From NCBI RefSeq assembly GCF_009914755.1, contig NC_060929.1: a DNA stretch of 64,000 nucleotides, one strand, 5' to 3'. A program made the translations under genes and the position numbers. Positions 1-13,560 of this stretch are shown piece by piece (positions within the stretch are counted from its first letter, which is position 1; each line of letters opens with the position of its first letter). The notes under the pieces are model-generated. The model made no database searches. It was not told the DNA's origin and worked only from the letters and a program-made list of their open reading frames with translations. The stretch comes from the human T2T-CHM13v2.0 reference genome, Homo sapiens.

Positions 1-780
1 AATGACCAACAAGCATATGTATATATTCTGAAAATCACTAATCATTATAAAAATGCAAATCAAAACTACAATGAGATATCTATCACTTTGTATATATTAT
101 TATAACTACTATAGACAAACAAACAAAAGCAAAAAAAAAAAAAAAGAACAGTAAGTGTTGATGAAGATGTGGAGAAACTGGAACCCTTATACTGTTGGTA
201 GGAAAGTAAAATGGTGCAGCTGCTTTGGAAAACAGTATGGCTGTTCCTAAAAACATAAAAATAGAATTGCTATACAATCCAGCAAGCCAAGTTCTGGCTA
301 TACATATCCAAAATAATTGAAAGTAGGATCTCAAAGAGATAGTTGCATATCCACGTTCATAGCAGTATGAATCACAATAGTCAAGAGGTGGAAGCAACTC
401 AAATGTCCATCAGTGGATGACAGGATAAACAAAATGAGGTCAAAACATACAACGGCATGTTTTTCAGCCTTAAAAAGATAGATATTCTGACACATGCTAT
501 GACATGGATGAACATTGACAACATTATGCTAAGTGAAATAAGCCAGTCACAGAATGCCAAACACGATATGATTCCACTTGTATGATGTATCTAGAGTAGT
601 GAAGTTCATAGAGACATAAAGTAGCATAGTGGTTTTCAGGAGCTGGGGACTGAGAGAAATTGAGGGTTGTCGTTTACAGGGTATAGGGTTTCAGTTTTGC
701 AAAAGAAAAAGAGTTCTCAAGATTGATGGCACAACTATGTGTATGTAATAACACCACTGTAAACTGTTCACTTTTAAAAA
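1..780 (+). mobile_element. L1M (L1MA/MB-type) ORF2 end and 3' UTR fragment, running off the window start
   Basis: Typical L1 3' motifs: aaatgcaaatcaaaactacaatgagata, aaatgtccatc, attatgctaagtgaaataagccagtcaca, and gggtatagggtttcagttttgc. Confidence 0.9.
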
Positions 781-2428
781 GTATATTAGGGACATTCGTT
801 AATTACAGCTTTGTGTATAGTAAACACAAAATCATTTTGCAAAGAAACCTTCACTTGCTTTGTAAATTTGGATTTCTACGTAGTTATTTAGCAAACTTTT
901 CTATGTTTTTAAAAAATATAAGAATAACTGGAGCTATTCTTCCCCTCTCCTTTTGAACAATTACACTGAGCAAATAAACCATATTAATCACAAAGTCTCT
1001 GTTGCTACAGAGTGCAGAGAGATCTGTTTGTTCAAAGTGATCAGGAAAAAATTAACTTGGAATACATATATTCTCTACGAAGGGAAGACATGTAAGGGAA
1101 ATTGTATTTATGAGTCTCTGACATAACACCATTAAGTTATTTTTAAACCTCACCTTGAATTACAAAGGTTGCATACATATTACCATTCTATTTTCAAACC
1201 AAATAAACTCACTGACATAAATTGCTACTTTGACCAGATATGGTAAATCTGATGATGGTCATGAAAATGATCTTTGAAATCTGTGCCATCAAGTTTTAAT
1301 AATTAATTTTCTGCCTACAACACATTGGCCAGAAGTACATATTATTATTAAGCACATCAAAACAAAATTATTTACAATATGCTTGTGTTTTCTGACCTTC
1401 ATGGAGTTTTCTTCAAAGGTTGTTAGTTTGCTGCTTAGAAAAGAATAACCTTGAAAGAGATATTGGGAGAGGATTGGGAAGACAAACTGATATTCCACCT
1501 AGATTTCCATGAATATCTTTCATGGTTGAGTACAATGCATACTACATCATACAATGTGCCCTTCAGATAAATATGCCTTATTTATGCATACTTGTGATGA
1601 GCAGGGTCCATCCCATCTTAACTGACTATTTTATTTTTTCCTTCAATTCTAAGCAGTGAAAAAGTGTGAGGAAACTGGCAGAGAGAGACAAAAAGTGCTA
1701 TGTAGATCCTTTTCAATATTTTAGGTGCTTATTTTCATTTTGCTCAGCATGGGCTAGGCTCATTCTCTCTGAAGCAGCAAGCTCTGAAGAGATCTGACAG
1801 TAGTAAAAAGAAAGGACATTTTAAAATAAGTACATATCCCTGCTTTCATGCTTTTGACAAGCTTGTAGAACCTGAGAGGAAGACCAATTTGCAGACCCAG
1901 GCTGGTACAACAACAAAAAATACACTTAGTCAAGAGAATTCTCATGCTTCCAAGAGAATACCTGATGGACCAAGATGAAACATAAATGCATATGACTACT
2001 TTTAGATGCAAAGACAATGTTTTTTAAAAAATTGACACCAAAGTGTCTTTGGGCACAAAGTTTTATCACTCACTCTGTCTACATCAGATATTCTTTATAT
2101 ACACTGAATGCACAAACAGGCCAGGATTGTCAGGGTTGAAGTGGAATACCCTCCTTTGGCGAGAATGACCTCCCAACCACCACACAGCTTACCTTCTGCA
2201 AGTGCAGAGTTAGCATTTACACAGTACTTCTTACATTGTGCAACCTAATCAGCTCACTCTAGTCCTTCCTGCGTGATATATAGACATGAATTTCAGTAGT
2301 TTCTAAAATGATGACTATCAATTTTCATTGACATAAAATCACCAAAAATTTGAAGACCATGAAAAATTATAATGAAGAAAATTTAAGTTGCTCAAAATAG
2401 CAGAGTAACCATGAACACATTGAAACAA

Positions 2429-2730
2429 TTTTTTTTTTTTTTTTTTTGAGGTGGAGTCTCACTCTGTCACCCAGGCTGGGGTGAGTGCAGTGGCACAATT
2501 TCAGCTCACAGCAACTTCCGCCTCCCAGTTTCAAGCAATTCTCCTGCTTCAGCCTCCTGAGTAGCTGGGAGTACAGGTGCATGCCACCACAACTGGCTAA
2601 TTTTTGGATTTTTAGTAGAGACGGGGTTTCACCATGTTGGTCAGGCTGGTCTCCAATTCCTGACCTTGTGATCCACCCGCCTCAGCCTCCTAAAGTACTG
2701 GGATTACAGGTGTGAGTCACCGCACCCAGC
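2429..2730 (-). mobile_element. Full-length AluS (AluSg-like)
   Basis: Poly-T followed by gagg tggagtctcactctgtcacccaggctgg through gggattacaggtgtgag; tgaaac on both flanks is a partial TSD. Confidence 0.95.
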
Positions 2731-2959
2731 TGAAACTTCTTTATAAAGTACCTTTTTCAATGCAGTGCTCTCCCTATTGCAAATTTAGTATCTTATACTA
2801 CATGAGTATATGTGTACATGTGTACATACACCCATACACACACAGACTTCATAATCCCTGTATTCTGTGAGGCCACTACACTTTTTCCTCAGCTTTCCCC
2901 ACTGCCACTACCACTACCTCACTGTTATCGTTTTGAGGCCATCAAATGTCAGTCAGTAC

Positions 2960-3160
2960 AATGGTAGTCCTTTCTCTTCCTCTCCATGACCCTGAAGAAT
3001 GACACAGCCCCCAAAATGGAAATGGATGAGTTCCTGAGTAACAACATAGGGGAAAGCTGCTTGGTAAAATAAGAGCAGTATCACTGGTCTGTTCAATGAG
3101 TGAGAAACAAACTTTTATTGTGTTAAGTCACTGAAATTTGGGGTTTGATTACAGAAGCTG
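2960..3160 (+). mobile_element. MLT1-type (MaLR) LTR 3' fragment
   Basis: gagaaacaaacttttattgtgttaagtcactgaaatttggggtttg resembles MLT1 3' ends. Confidence 0.6.
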
Positions 3161-4739
3161 GTAATATATATGTAGATAATAATAATAGAGAGATGATGTT
3201 TTACACACAAATACATAAATATATTAATGAGATATTTATCTATTAAACTCACAGGTCATAATAGGTATTCCTTGACTACTTTTGTGTGGCTGCCAACAAG
3301 GGGAGTCCTGCAGTCTCCTCTGCAAACTGGGGATGATGTTTACAAAGTAAGATTATTATAAGAATTAAAGAGCAGATGTGCCTGGTACAGCACTTCTGTG
3401 TCTGATACAAAGAAAGTGTTTGGCATTGGTGGTAATTATTTAAACAAACACAGGAAACAAATAACAGCTATTATGGAAACATATTAGCATTCCTTTACTA
3501 CCTTATATTTTGTACCTCACCTAATTCTCAAGATGATTTGAGTCAGCTCATTTAAAACATGTTTACCAGGAATTAGTGTTTAAGCAAATCATTTATCACT
3601 AAAATGGTAAACCTGGCCAAGTTGGGGCCATTAGTGCACTTCATAACATTTAAAAAGTGCCACTTTTATCCATTAAGAAATGCATAAAAGTTTAATTTGA
3701 GGGTGAATGTGGCAATGCTTCTTATTTTAGCATATCTTAAGGAAAATGATGGGAAAACATTCCCATTATCAATTAAGATAAAGGGTCATAGATTTGGGAT
3801 TTTAAATCAACAGTAAGTGTATACTTTCATTAACAGGTATACCACAGACGAAAAACTCATATGAACACTATATAAATATTAATGACATAAATCTACATCT
3901 ATTCAAACAACAAACGCATTTAACCAAATATGTGGTTATCTGGTATGTATCAAGTGCCTTGCCAAGTGTGATACATGGGCCCAGTTTTCAAGCACAGCAT
4001 TTTATATACTAAATCCAGTTTTCCCTGAAAACGTTGATTAAAGGTAACTAGATGAATGGAATCCATATTAGATGTGGCCACATAAGTGAAGAAGCCAACT
4101 GGCAGAATCTTTGTAACTATGAGAAGTAAAATATATAAAGGCCTGGCACACATAGGAAATCAATATGTGATCACTATTGTCATTTTCAGTACTTTCTCTT
4201 CAATAGGCCTCCTTCTAATTATTACTCATACGTACTACTGAAAAGAAATTGCCGTAGACAGAGGTACCGGGACCGTATAGTAAATGAACTTCTTCCTTAC
4301 ACCAAAATGAATTTCTGACTTCCCCAAAGTGAAGCTGTAAATGACAGCTTAAAAATATGTTACCTACTTCCATACATGGCACAAATATCACTTAGAATAG
4401 CCCTATTTTGTGAATAATTTTTCTGCAAAGAGTAACAGTATCTAGCCTCATCCAGAGCAGAAGGATGCTAATAGTATACAGTTCATTCCATCAAAAATAT
4501 GGTATTAACCATGTTTAGCTTTAATCCATTCAAGAAAATTTAATATTAAAAGTATGGTAATACTCTTATAAAAAGTTCATATACATCTTGACCCACAAGC
4601 TTTGAAGGCAGAGTGGTTAATGTGCTTTCAGGGCTTAATAAAAATGGAAAATTCATAGTCTGGAACTAGAATGACTTAGCTAAAGGAAAAATTCATTTTT
4701 CCCAGGCTCTAGATTAAATGATCCAGAAAGGAGTCAATG

Positions 4740-4925
4740 GTCATAAATCCCTCAATCATCACAAGGAATCCAATACTTAGAAACGGGAGGCCTTTATTCC
4801 ACTGAGAGCCCAATCCTCTAAATTCAAAGAAGATAAAATTGAAACCCTGAAACTTGTCATTTTGCCTGAGACCACACAGCCACTTCAAGGCTGGCTGGGG
4901 ACAGACCCTAGTGCATGGGATTCCC
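4740..4925 (-). mobile_element. MIR-family SINE fragment
   Basis: Degenerate core: gataaaattgaaacc...ttgcctgagaccacacagc. Confidence 0.5.
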
Positions 4926-6679
4926 CTGTCTCAAACTCCTTTCCCATTCTCAGCTATACCATGAATAGTAAGCTTTGCTGCCTTCAAACTTTCCCATTCA
5001 ACATTAAAGTACTCTCCAGGGATGTGGGTTGCAAACATCCCTCACGAGGTGTGCATGTGTTTCTTGGTTTCAGCGATTTAGAAGATGAACCTATGTGCCT
5101 TCTACAAAGGAGACCTACAAAAGGAGTCTGCTAAGTCTATCCAGCTATTGTTTCTGTTCTTTTTGGTTTCATGTAGTAGGGGTGATTCTTGATTGAAAGA
5201 ATTCAGATAACATTGTGGCAAAGTGGTTACCTGTGACGATTTTCAAAGTCCAACATCATTTCTTCTCACTTTAATTCTTCTTTCTCAATATTGTCTCAGA
5301 GACTGCCTCGTGGCAGAAAAGGAGCATCTTGAATGTCTGTTAATACTGTAGCTCCCTTCTTTATTGTGGCCACTCAAATGTAGTTAGAGCACTGTAACTT
5401 TCCCCAATATAGTGTTAAATCCACAACTTCTAGTTTAAAAAGGTGATACCTCAAAGGCATGGGCATAACTATGGAATTTATTTTAAAAATAAATGCTTTA
5501 TAAATCTGCATGTCATAGTTATCCAAAGATGCCCCTATGGCGTACAAGCCCATAGATGAAGTCTGCTATATATAATGCAGAAGTTTGACAAGGCTAATAA
5601 AATACTATCAAACTTATTTTAAGTTTGGTATTTTGTTCCATATTTAATTGTTACTTATAAAAAGTTGTGAAAACTAGGCAGCAACTGTTCTATTTGATTT
5701 CAGAGTCATTAGACTTTCACAGAATATTTCCTACCTGTCTGTGCTAGGATTTTACATATCATCAGCCTAGACAAAATGTGCTCCACACAATGATAGTTCC
5801 ACTAATTTTTCAAAAAATATGTGTCATGATCAAATGTGTCAGGAGAATATTACATGCATTCTGTATTTTTCTTAGAAATTTGCTATGCACATTAATTTAA
5901 TGGCTACCAATAAGTCCTACAGCAAAGAAATTTCTTAAACTTGTGTAACTCAGCATTTCTCAAACTCATTTGACTGTGTAATGAGTAGGAACTAGTGGGG
6001 AATTAGAATTCTTCAAAACACACCTTGAGACGTGATAACATATTGCATCAAACACCATTCCCAACCTTTTATAATTTATAATTGACGTCTCTGTGTTATG
6101 CAGCTTCCTCCATTTGTTCTTATTTCTTCTTAGCCTGCAAGCTATACCAGGACAAGACTTCTCTATGTTTGCTTCTGCATATTTCCAGGGATGAACAGAG
6201 AACAACACGTGATTGCCTCTCAAAAAATAATTCTGAATGAATAAAGAAAAGGATTCGTTATTTAAAAATTAAGATGAAACCAGGGGCAAGGGGGTGGTAG
6301 GGGAGGATAAAAGACTAAATAGTAGATGAAATATTCCATAAGACTCCTGGCCTGACCTCTTTATTGAAACAGTGTTATAAAAAAGAGACAAATTAAAACA
6401 GAATTTACATGAATAACTCTCAGGTGCATGTTGTAATCCTGGATTCAGCATTCTGGTTCAGAAAGGCCTACTGTTAAAACTTTGGAAAAATTTTAACGTG
6501 GTATGGGGTAAGAACAAACACATTGTAACAGAAAGAGAGAAATCATTGCTAGTTTAAAATACAGCATAAAATAAATATATTTATGGTTTTGACTAGAAAA
6601 TACAGTAAAATGTTAAAAGTGGTGGGATTATCATGATTTTATTTTCTTTTTCCAACCTTCCCCTTTAATGAAAAAAGTC

Positions 6680-6825
6680 TTTCTCCCAAATCCCTGACAG
6701 ATGGTAACCCAAATTCTGCTTGGATACTTCCAGTAACAAAAATCTCTACCTGGCAAGGTTAGTATGGCACTTTTGGATGGTTACAATTGCAATAAATATG
6801 CTTCCTTGTGATTTTCACCCATTGG
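6680..6825. mobile_element. L3/CR1-like LINE relic
   Basis: ttggatacttccagtaac...tacctggcaagg...ttttggatggttacaattg resembles the L3/CR1 consensus; strand not determined. Confidence 0.45.
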
Positions 6826-7539
6826 TATACTAAAGAGGATTCTATCTTTACCAATCTAACTGTTGTGGCTTGAGAAAATGCCATAAATTAAAGCTCAAAA
6901 ACAAAGAAAATGAAAAAAAAAGCAGAGCTTTATTTTATCTGAATATGTTCTATACCCACTCTGATTGACACTATGCCTATCTTAATTGGTTCATTCCATC
7001 AATTTGTTAAATGGATGACTTCAGTGATTATCACATGTACTTTATAAGCACTCCCAGATTTAAAACATCAGCACAAAAATATTTAGAGAGAGAGATTTAT
7101 TTTCTGGAGACATCCACAGGTATCTACCATTCACTCTAAAGTTAAAAAGAAGTCATCAACTTGTGTTCATTTCTTTTCTTTCAGGAACTCTTTCTTACTA
7201 ACTTCCCTTCTCCAGGGTGCCCTAGACACTCCACCATATGGTTAAGTGTAACTGCACACTTCTCCACTGAGAAATGACCCACCTTTCAAGTACAAAAGTG
7301 GAGCAAAGATGAGACAGTCTCAGAGCAGACCGGCTGGGGAGAAAGGCCTCCAACAGTGTTGGTCCATAAATTCATCCTCCCACCCTATTCCTCTCAAAGG
7401 AAACTGAAAGTAATGCTTAGTATTTTCATTGTTAATTTTACAGAAATACTAGGCTATGTATACAACTGAAAAACATAAAGGGACATCCAAGGTCCACAGC
7501 AAAGAGCTTACTTTGCGTTATGTAAACTCTACATATACA

Positions 7540-8247
7540 ATGAATTCAATTGTCTCTATCTCACAGCCTCCACTGTATTTAGGCCCCCATCATGTCTCAC
7601 CTGGATTATTACAACTAGTCTCACTTCATCTGGCCTTGTTACCTCTAAAGCATTTTCCACACTTTTGCTAAAGACAGCTTCCCAAAAGGCAGTTTTGGCC
7701 ACTGCATCACCCTGCTTACAATTCCTTCAGTAGTGCTCCAGAGCCTTCAGCATAGGGTTCAAACTTCTTAGTATGGGTTATGAGGACCTGCCCAGGCTCA
7801 CCATTTATGCTTCTGAATATTGAACGTCCTTAATTTGCTTGATCTGCTAGGATCCCGAAGAGCTAGATCTTTGCATAAGCTGTTTCTTCTGTCTGTATGA
7901 CCGTTCCCTTCTCCTCTTCATTTGAGCAACTCCTTTTCATTCTCTACTAGGTCCTAAAATATATACCACTTTCTATAGGAAGCCCTGTCTAAGGACGGAC
8001 TCCTCACCTTCACTGCCATCCTCTACCCCTGCATCCTAATCTGGGTTAGACGCCTTCCAGTATACTGTCACAACAATTCATATTTCTCCTGGAACAGTGT
8101 TTATAATAAGCCATTGTAATTTCTAATTTGCTATTTCCCCCAGTGGTCTATAAATTGTATTAAAATAGAGACTATGTCTGCCATATTCAGCCTATATTCC
8201 CAGTGCCTAGCAATGGCACAGAACAAGCAGTTAATAAGGTTGGTTGG
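7540..8247 (+). mobile_element. L2 3' fragment
   Basis: catcatgtctcacctggattattaca, ttcaaacttcttagtatgg, ending tattcccagtgcctagc...cagttaataaggttggttg like the L2 3' terminus. Confidence 0.75.
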
Positions 8248-8433
8248 GAACTCACCAATATAAGAGAAAATGGAGGTCACTACCTTTGCTTTCATTGAGC
8301 TGAGCATCATTCTTTTTAAGGCATACATAGCTTTCTTTTCATAGAAACTCTGCCCTGACCTCTACTGAATAAACAGGTCTTCCAGTTATACAATGTCAAT
8401 TCATTTTATAGTACCTGTCCAAAAGCATCCATT

Positions 8434-8970
8434 TGTAGCCATAGCAAACCAATAATTCCCTTCGAAAATCAGCCCTCTCCCACTCCATGTTCATGTCATT
8501 CAGATGGTACTGACCTACCCCTTCTAAGGTGTTCATGAGAGATAACAACTGCTTAGATTATTTCATCCTCCTAGTTCATAGATTGCCATGTGATTCAAGC
8601 TAGGTCAATGGTCAGTGAGACTCAATTCTGCAACTCCTATTGTAGCAATTTGGAAAAAAATAATCTGTTTTCCTTTACACCCTGGAACTTTCCAGGGCAG
8701 AGTGATTTGTGGGGTGTTGCAGTGGGTGTGGGGGTGCATTAGGAAAGCACCTGCCTGGGAATGAAGGCAACAAAAAGGAAAGTACAGCCAAAAGATGGAA
8801 AATGGTTGGTTCTTGATGGTATTGCTTGAGCACCTAGTCTCAGTCATACTCTAGACCAAAATAACCCCTTGTTATTTTAATTACTGGGACTGGGACAATA
8901 CGTTCCCTCTTTGCTTATGCCTATTTGTGTTCTGTTTCTGCCACTGGCCATTTAAGTAAACTGTAATACA
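8434..8970 (+). mobile_element. MLT1 (K/L-like) MaLR LTR
   Basis: TG...CA ends (tgtag...taataca); catgtgattcaagctaggtcaat; ttgagcacctagtctcagtcat; ttccctctttgcttatgcc. Confidence 0.6.
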
Positions 8971-9084
8971 TTGAATGTATACTTATGGTTACGGTAGTCA
9001 CAGACAGATGGGTCTACACTGAACTTTGAAGAATAGAAAGGATTAGCAGAGAAATAAAAAAGGCAAAGGGTCTTCCTCTTCAGC

Positions 9085-9190
9085 TACACAAATATTTCTC
9101 AAACATCCACCCTGTACCAGATCACTTGTTTGGAAATAAGCACCATAAAATTAATAAGACAGCATTCCTGCCCCTAGAGTTCACAGAGTT
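9085..9190 (-). mobile_element. L2 3' end fragment
   Basis: acaaatatttctcaaacatc...ctgtaccag...aataagacagcattcctgccc. Confidence 0.55.
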
Positions 9191-10419
9191 TGGTCTGTAC
9201 ATTTCATCTACCACAAATGAGCAGCCTCTGGAAGTAAACATCTTGCCCATTGACTCTAAATTCCTGGAAAATGCGCACTGTAAGGCACGTTGTCAACAAT
9301 GATGGATTGCATTTTAATCTCTTACATATATCACTGAAAAATGTTCTGATCCCGTCTATGATATGCCCCAGCCTGGTTCTTCCAGGCATACCATCTCAGC
9401 CTGGGCACACAACAGGTTAGTCTGGAAGGATGGCACATCGATTTGAAGTGCATCAGTGTGTGGCATGTGAAGTGAGCCATGTCATGCATAAATTTATTCA
9501 TCATCTCGGTGACTTTCTTTGTGCCACTCTGAAAAAGACAGATATGCTTTTCCCTCCCATTCAGTTCTATCCTCCTAAGTCTCCTCCTCCATGGCTGGAG
9601 ATAATAAATACTCATTTCAGAGAGGCTTCAGCTCAACACTGGCACTCTTCTGTTTTCCAAATGCCAGAAAGGTCATTGTGATGAACTACCTCAGACAAAG
9701 AATTTTGGACATCATTGAACATAGCTCATGTGCCACTAGCTTTTTGATATCCTCTGAAGTCAGGTAGAGAAAGAATCTTTACCAAATCTAACAGGAGAAA
9801 GGCTGAAATTAAGTCTTCAATTTAGCAACAAGACTAGGGAGTTCCTAGGCAAATTTCAAGTAAATTACAAGTTCCTTATTCCATAGCTTGTCTTCATGCT
9901 GCCCAGAAGAACAAAGAATTGATATTCTTTCTAGGTCTGCCTGCCTTTGTGAAAACACAGATACTGAAAATGTTCTTTTCCCAATATTTTCTGGTAAAAA
10001 CTACTCATCTTTTGTTCCTTGCTCTTTTGTGCGGTGACAAGCCAATCAGGAAAATCATTCTACGTTTTGGTATTTTTTAGCTCATTATAGCACTTTCATT
10101 GATATATATAAAACAATCCTAGATGAATGATCACAGAGACCTTCAATACTTTTCCCAAAGTGGTAAAGTGGTACAAATTGGACTGGAGCAGGTAATAAGA
10201 GAGATTTGAGGGACAGTCATTGTCATTCCCATTGCCCACACTCTTATTGAATGCTTCCGTGAAAAATGCCATGCATGATCAATTGTAAACATACTACTAT
10301 TTGGGTTGAAAACTATGGAACTTGAATGAAAGGGAAACACTCAAATTCATTTTTGGCATATGGAGTCAAACAGAAAAGGTTTTAGAAAGGTTGTTAAATG
10401 TGAGGACAGTACTTCCTAT

Positions 10420-10640
10420 CAAGCCCATGCATGGGTTTGGAACCCAGTCCTGGTTCTGCTCCTGTTTCATTTGTATGAATTTGGCCTGCTTATTTATCCT
10501 TTCTGTCAGTTTTCTCATCTGTAAAATAGTAACATTAATGCCCAATTTCCAGAGTAGTTGTGAAGACTAAACAAAATAACATGTAAAAAGCTCTTTCTCT
10601 AGGACCTAATATATAGTAAACACTGGATAAATGGTAGCTG
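10420..10640 (+). mobile_element. MIR SINE
   Basis: Core tcagttttctcatctgtaaaat...gttgtgaagactaaa...atagtaaacactggataaatggtagc. Confidence 0.8.
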
Positions 10641-12171
10641 GAGTTACAGGAATTACAAATGGTTAAAGAGAACTCTCCCACTGCTGTGCTCCTAAATTCT
10701 TACAATTTGTACTTTTACTACCCATGAGTTCGAAGAAGAGTTTGGCAGTTCCTAACACTGAAAAGCTATTGACTGATCCCAGATGATCCAGTGTCATAGG
10801 CTAAACATCCCTTAAGAACTACAAGAGAACAGAGTTTGTCCATCTCTATTAAAATACAGATGAACACTTTTTTATATACCTTCCTTCACAAGAATAATTG
10901 ATCAGGTGAATGGGATAAACAAATCAATCATTGTTCCTCCTCTATGGCTTTGTCTTTTAGTAGGATTACTGCTTCAAGGGTCAAAATGATTTGGATGAAA
11001 AGTGGAGGACCCTAGAGAGAATGGAATAGAAAAATTTGGCTTGACACAAGTGGATTGGAGTTTTGCTTTTAGTTTTTTTTTTTTTTTTCCACTTCCTTCT
11101 AAAAGGAACTTAAGACTCCAATCACTTCAAGAGGCCCTACCAGTCACATACTGATATGGACATTTAGGTTTAGTCCTAGGAGTATGTTTTGGGGCCAGTA
11201 AACCTTGTTCCTTAGCCTCTGGAGGAAGGATATGCTATTTCTCTCACTGTGGTCTTTAGTCTTCTTTACCTATGGATCATTACCTCACTTTAACATGTAG
11301 TTTTGGTGAAATATGATTGTATAAATATGTTTTTACAGCTAGAAAGATACTTATGAAACCTCTAGGCTGAGAAAAAAGATATTGCCTCTAACTACTTTAT
11401 GATTATTGGCTTTTGATTACAGAATGTTTTAAAGAAATCTCCCAGTTATAAAAATGGCTGATTTTTGCACATTGCAGTTATATTTTTATTATCCCCAGTG
11501 CTAAAATTAATTTCTCTTCTAAATTCTCATATAATCCATTCAATAGTCACTACACCAAGAAAGATCCTTTCCAGACTAAAGCAAAATATGTTTATCTGTT
11601 TCTTTGTTACTAATGTTATGTGGTTCCTTTCTGAGAAAAAAAATATTTACAAAAGGTATACACAAATGTCATGGCTATACAGCAAGCAATTGGTGTCATT
11701 CCTAGCTAGGAAAAAATAGTTAGCAAGCTCATGAACCAAAAATGTGTTCATGGTTATGTTGCAAAGATCATGATTTTTTACATTATGTTAAGTGACTATA
11801 CTTTGAGTTTGTGTCAAGAGATAAACATGTTATTAGAGATGAGAGATGCTTTCGAAAGAAATGCAAGACATGCTGAAATTTAAGCTGATCATCATCTGAT
11901 GGTTGAAACTATGAAATCTAATGAAACCGCTGCCATTCTTCAAACAAATAGACTATTAGTGCTGAGAATGGATGGCTTGTGAGTAACAAAGCCATAAGTA
12001 ATAGATTTTCTAATCAGTTTCTTCCCTACAGAGAAGATCAGCCTAGTTTTTGCTTAAACTGTTTATTTTGTAGTAATATGAGCACAGTAGAAGATAGAAT
12101 GACCCTTATATTTATGTATACAGCTTTTTCTTAGTAGCCCATGAAAAAAGGCAAGCAACATAAATGAGGCA

Positions 12172-12420
12172 GATAATAATGGGTAACATTGATTTAGCTC
12201 GCAGTCTGTGCCAAGCAATTTACATAAATTGTATCACTTAATTTAATCTTCACGAGTAATGTTATCAGATAGACATTACCATCATCTTTCTTTCTTATGT
12301 ATGAGGAAAACAAAAGACAAACAGAGTAGATAAATTTGTTAAGGTCACACTGGTAGGAAATGAGAGGATCTAAACTCAAACTCAGGTGGTTTGACTAAGG
12401 AGCTGAAGTCTTCACTAGCT
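12172..12420 (-). mobile_element. MIR SINE
   Basis: tttaatcttcac...atgaggaaaac...aaggtcacactggtagga. Confidence 0.7.
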
Positions 12421-13189
12421 TAGCATCTCAGTGAAATTACTGAGACAGGCTACATTGATAAAGGTATATCAGGTCATAAGCTCAAGCAATATTTCAGCTG
12501 CCATGTAGGTCTTTTTCTGCACAGCAAGTTAAATGAACTGCATTGAGGGAATATTTAGTCAAGAAGCTGTTCTTTGAGAAGCAAAGAAAAAATGCTACCC
12601 AAAAATGTTTAGCCTTAGGCTTATCAAAAGTCACTACTTACATTAAGCCTAATAGCTTTAGGCTTATTTTAGTCACCACTTGAATATAAGAATACAAGCT
12701 CCTTCTCTTTATGAGATTGCACTGTTTTATAAACTTAAATCCAAAGTTAAATCAAATGTTTCCCTAAAGCATACCAATGGGTTTCAAATTATAAATTGTG
12801 GATCAGGGGATACGGAAAATGATTTCTGTAGTTAAGTCAGAAAATCCAATGTTTGTGCTGTAAGCATAGAAGCTGATCACTAGACTTCAGAGAAAAAAAA
12901 ATCTGCCCTACATATAAATGTTTTCAGCAAAAATATTGTCTCAGCTGTAAATGTGTTTAGTGATAAACCATTTATGCCACTTACCTATACTTACTGTCTC
13001 TGGCTAGGAGCCTTAACAATTTCACAAATTAATTATCTCGTTTTGTGTTACACATGCCATGTCTAAAAACAATTTTTAAAAATATAAACTGTATGTCCAG
13101 CATTTTGAGAGATAGAATAAACATAAATCTCCACAATAAAAAAATGTCCAAAGAAGTCATAAACATTTGAGAGTACCAGTTGAGAATTC

Positions 13190-13560
13190 AGGGTTAGAGC
13201 CTGGTCAGAGCCTTGTGAACACATGGTTCACAAGGGTGGTTTACAGTTTATCACCAATGTGAACTCAAGTCACATAGGCACCTCCTAAAGCCTTTTCATC
13301 AATTATAAAATAAGGATGAAAAACTCTGCCAGATTGAACCCTTATGAGGCTTAATTGAGATATTATAAGTCATTAAGCATTTAGTGTACTGCCCAGCACA
13401 GCAGAAGTGCTCATAAGCATCCAGAATCATTACTGTCTACCCAGCCCATAAACTCTAAGACTGTTAAACTCATCTCAGTTTTACAGAAGAGGAAACATGG
13501 GTCTAAAATTAGTGAGTAACTTGATAGAAATTTCAAAGCCTTATATAGTACTTGTCACAC
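13190..13560. mobile_element. Two adjacent MIR fragments in opposite orientations
   Basis: + strand: ttttcatcaattataaaataagg...tgcccagcacagcagaagtgctca. - strand: cagttttacagaagaggaaac. Confidence 0.6.
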
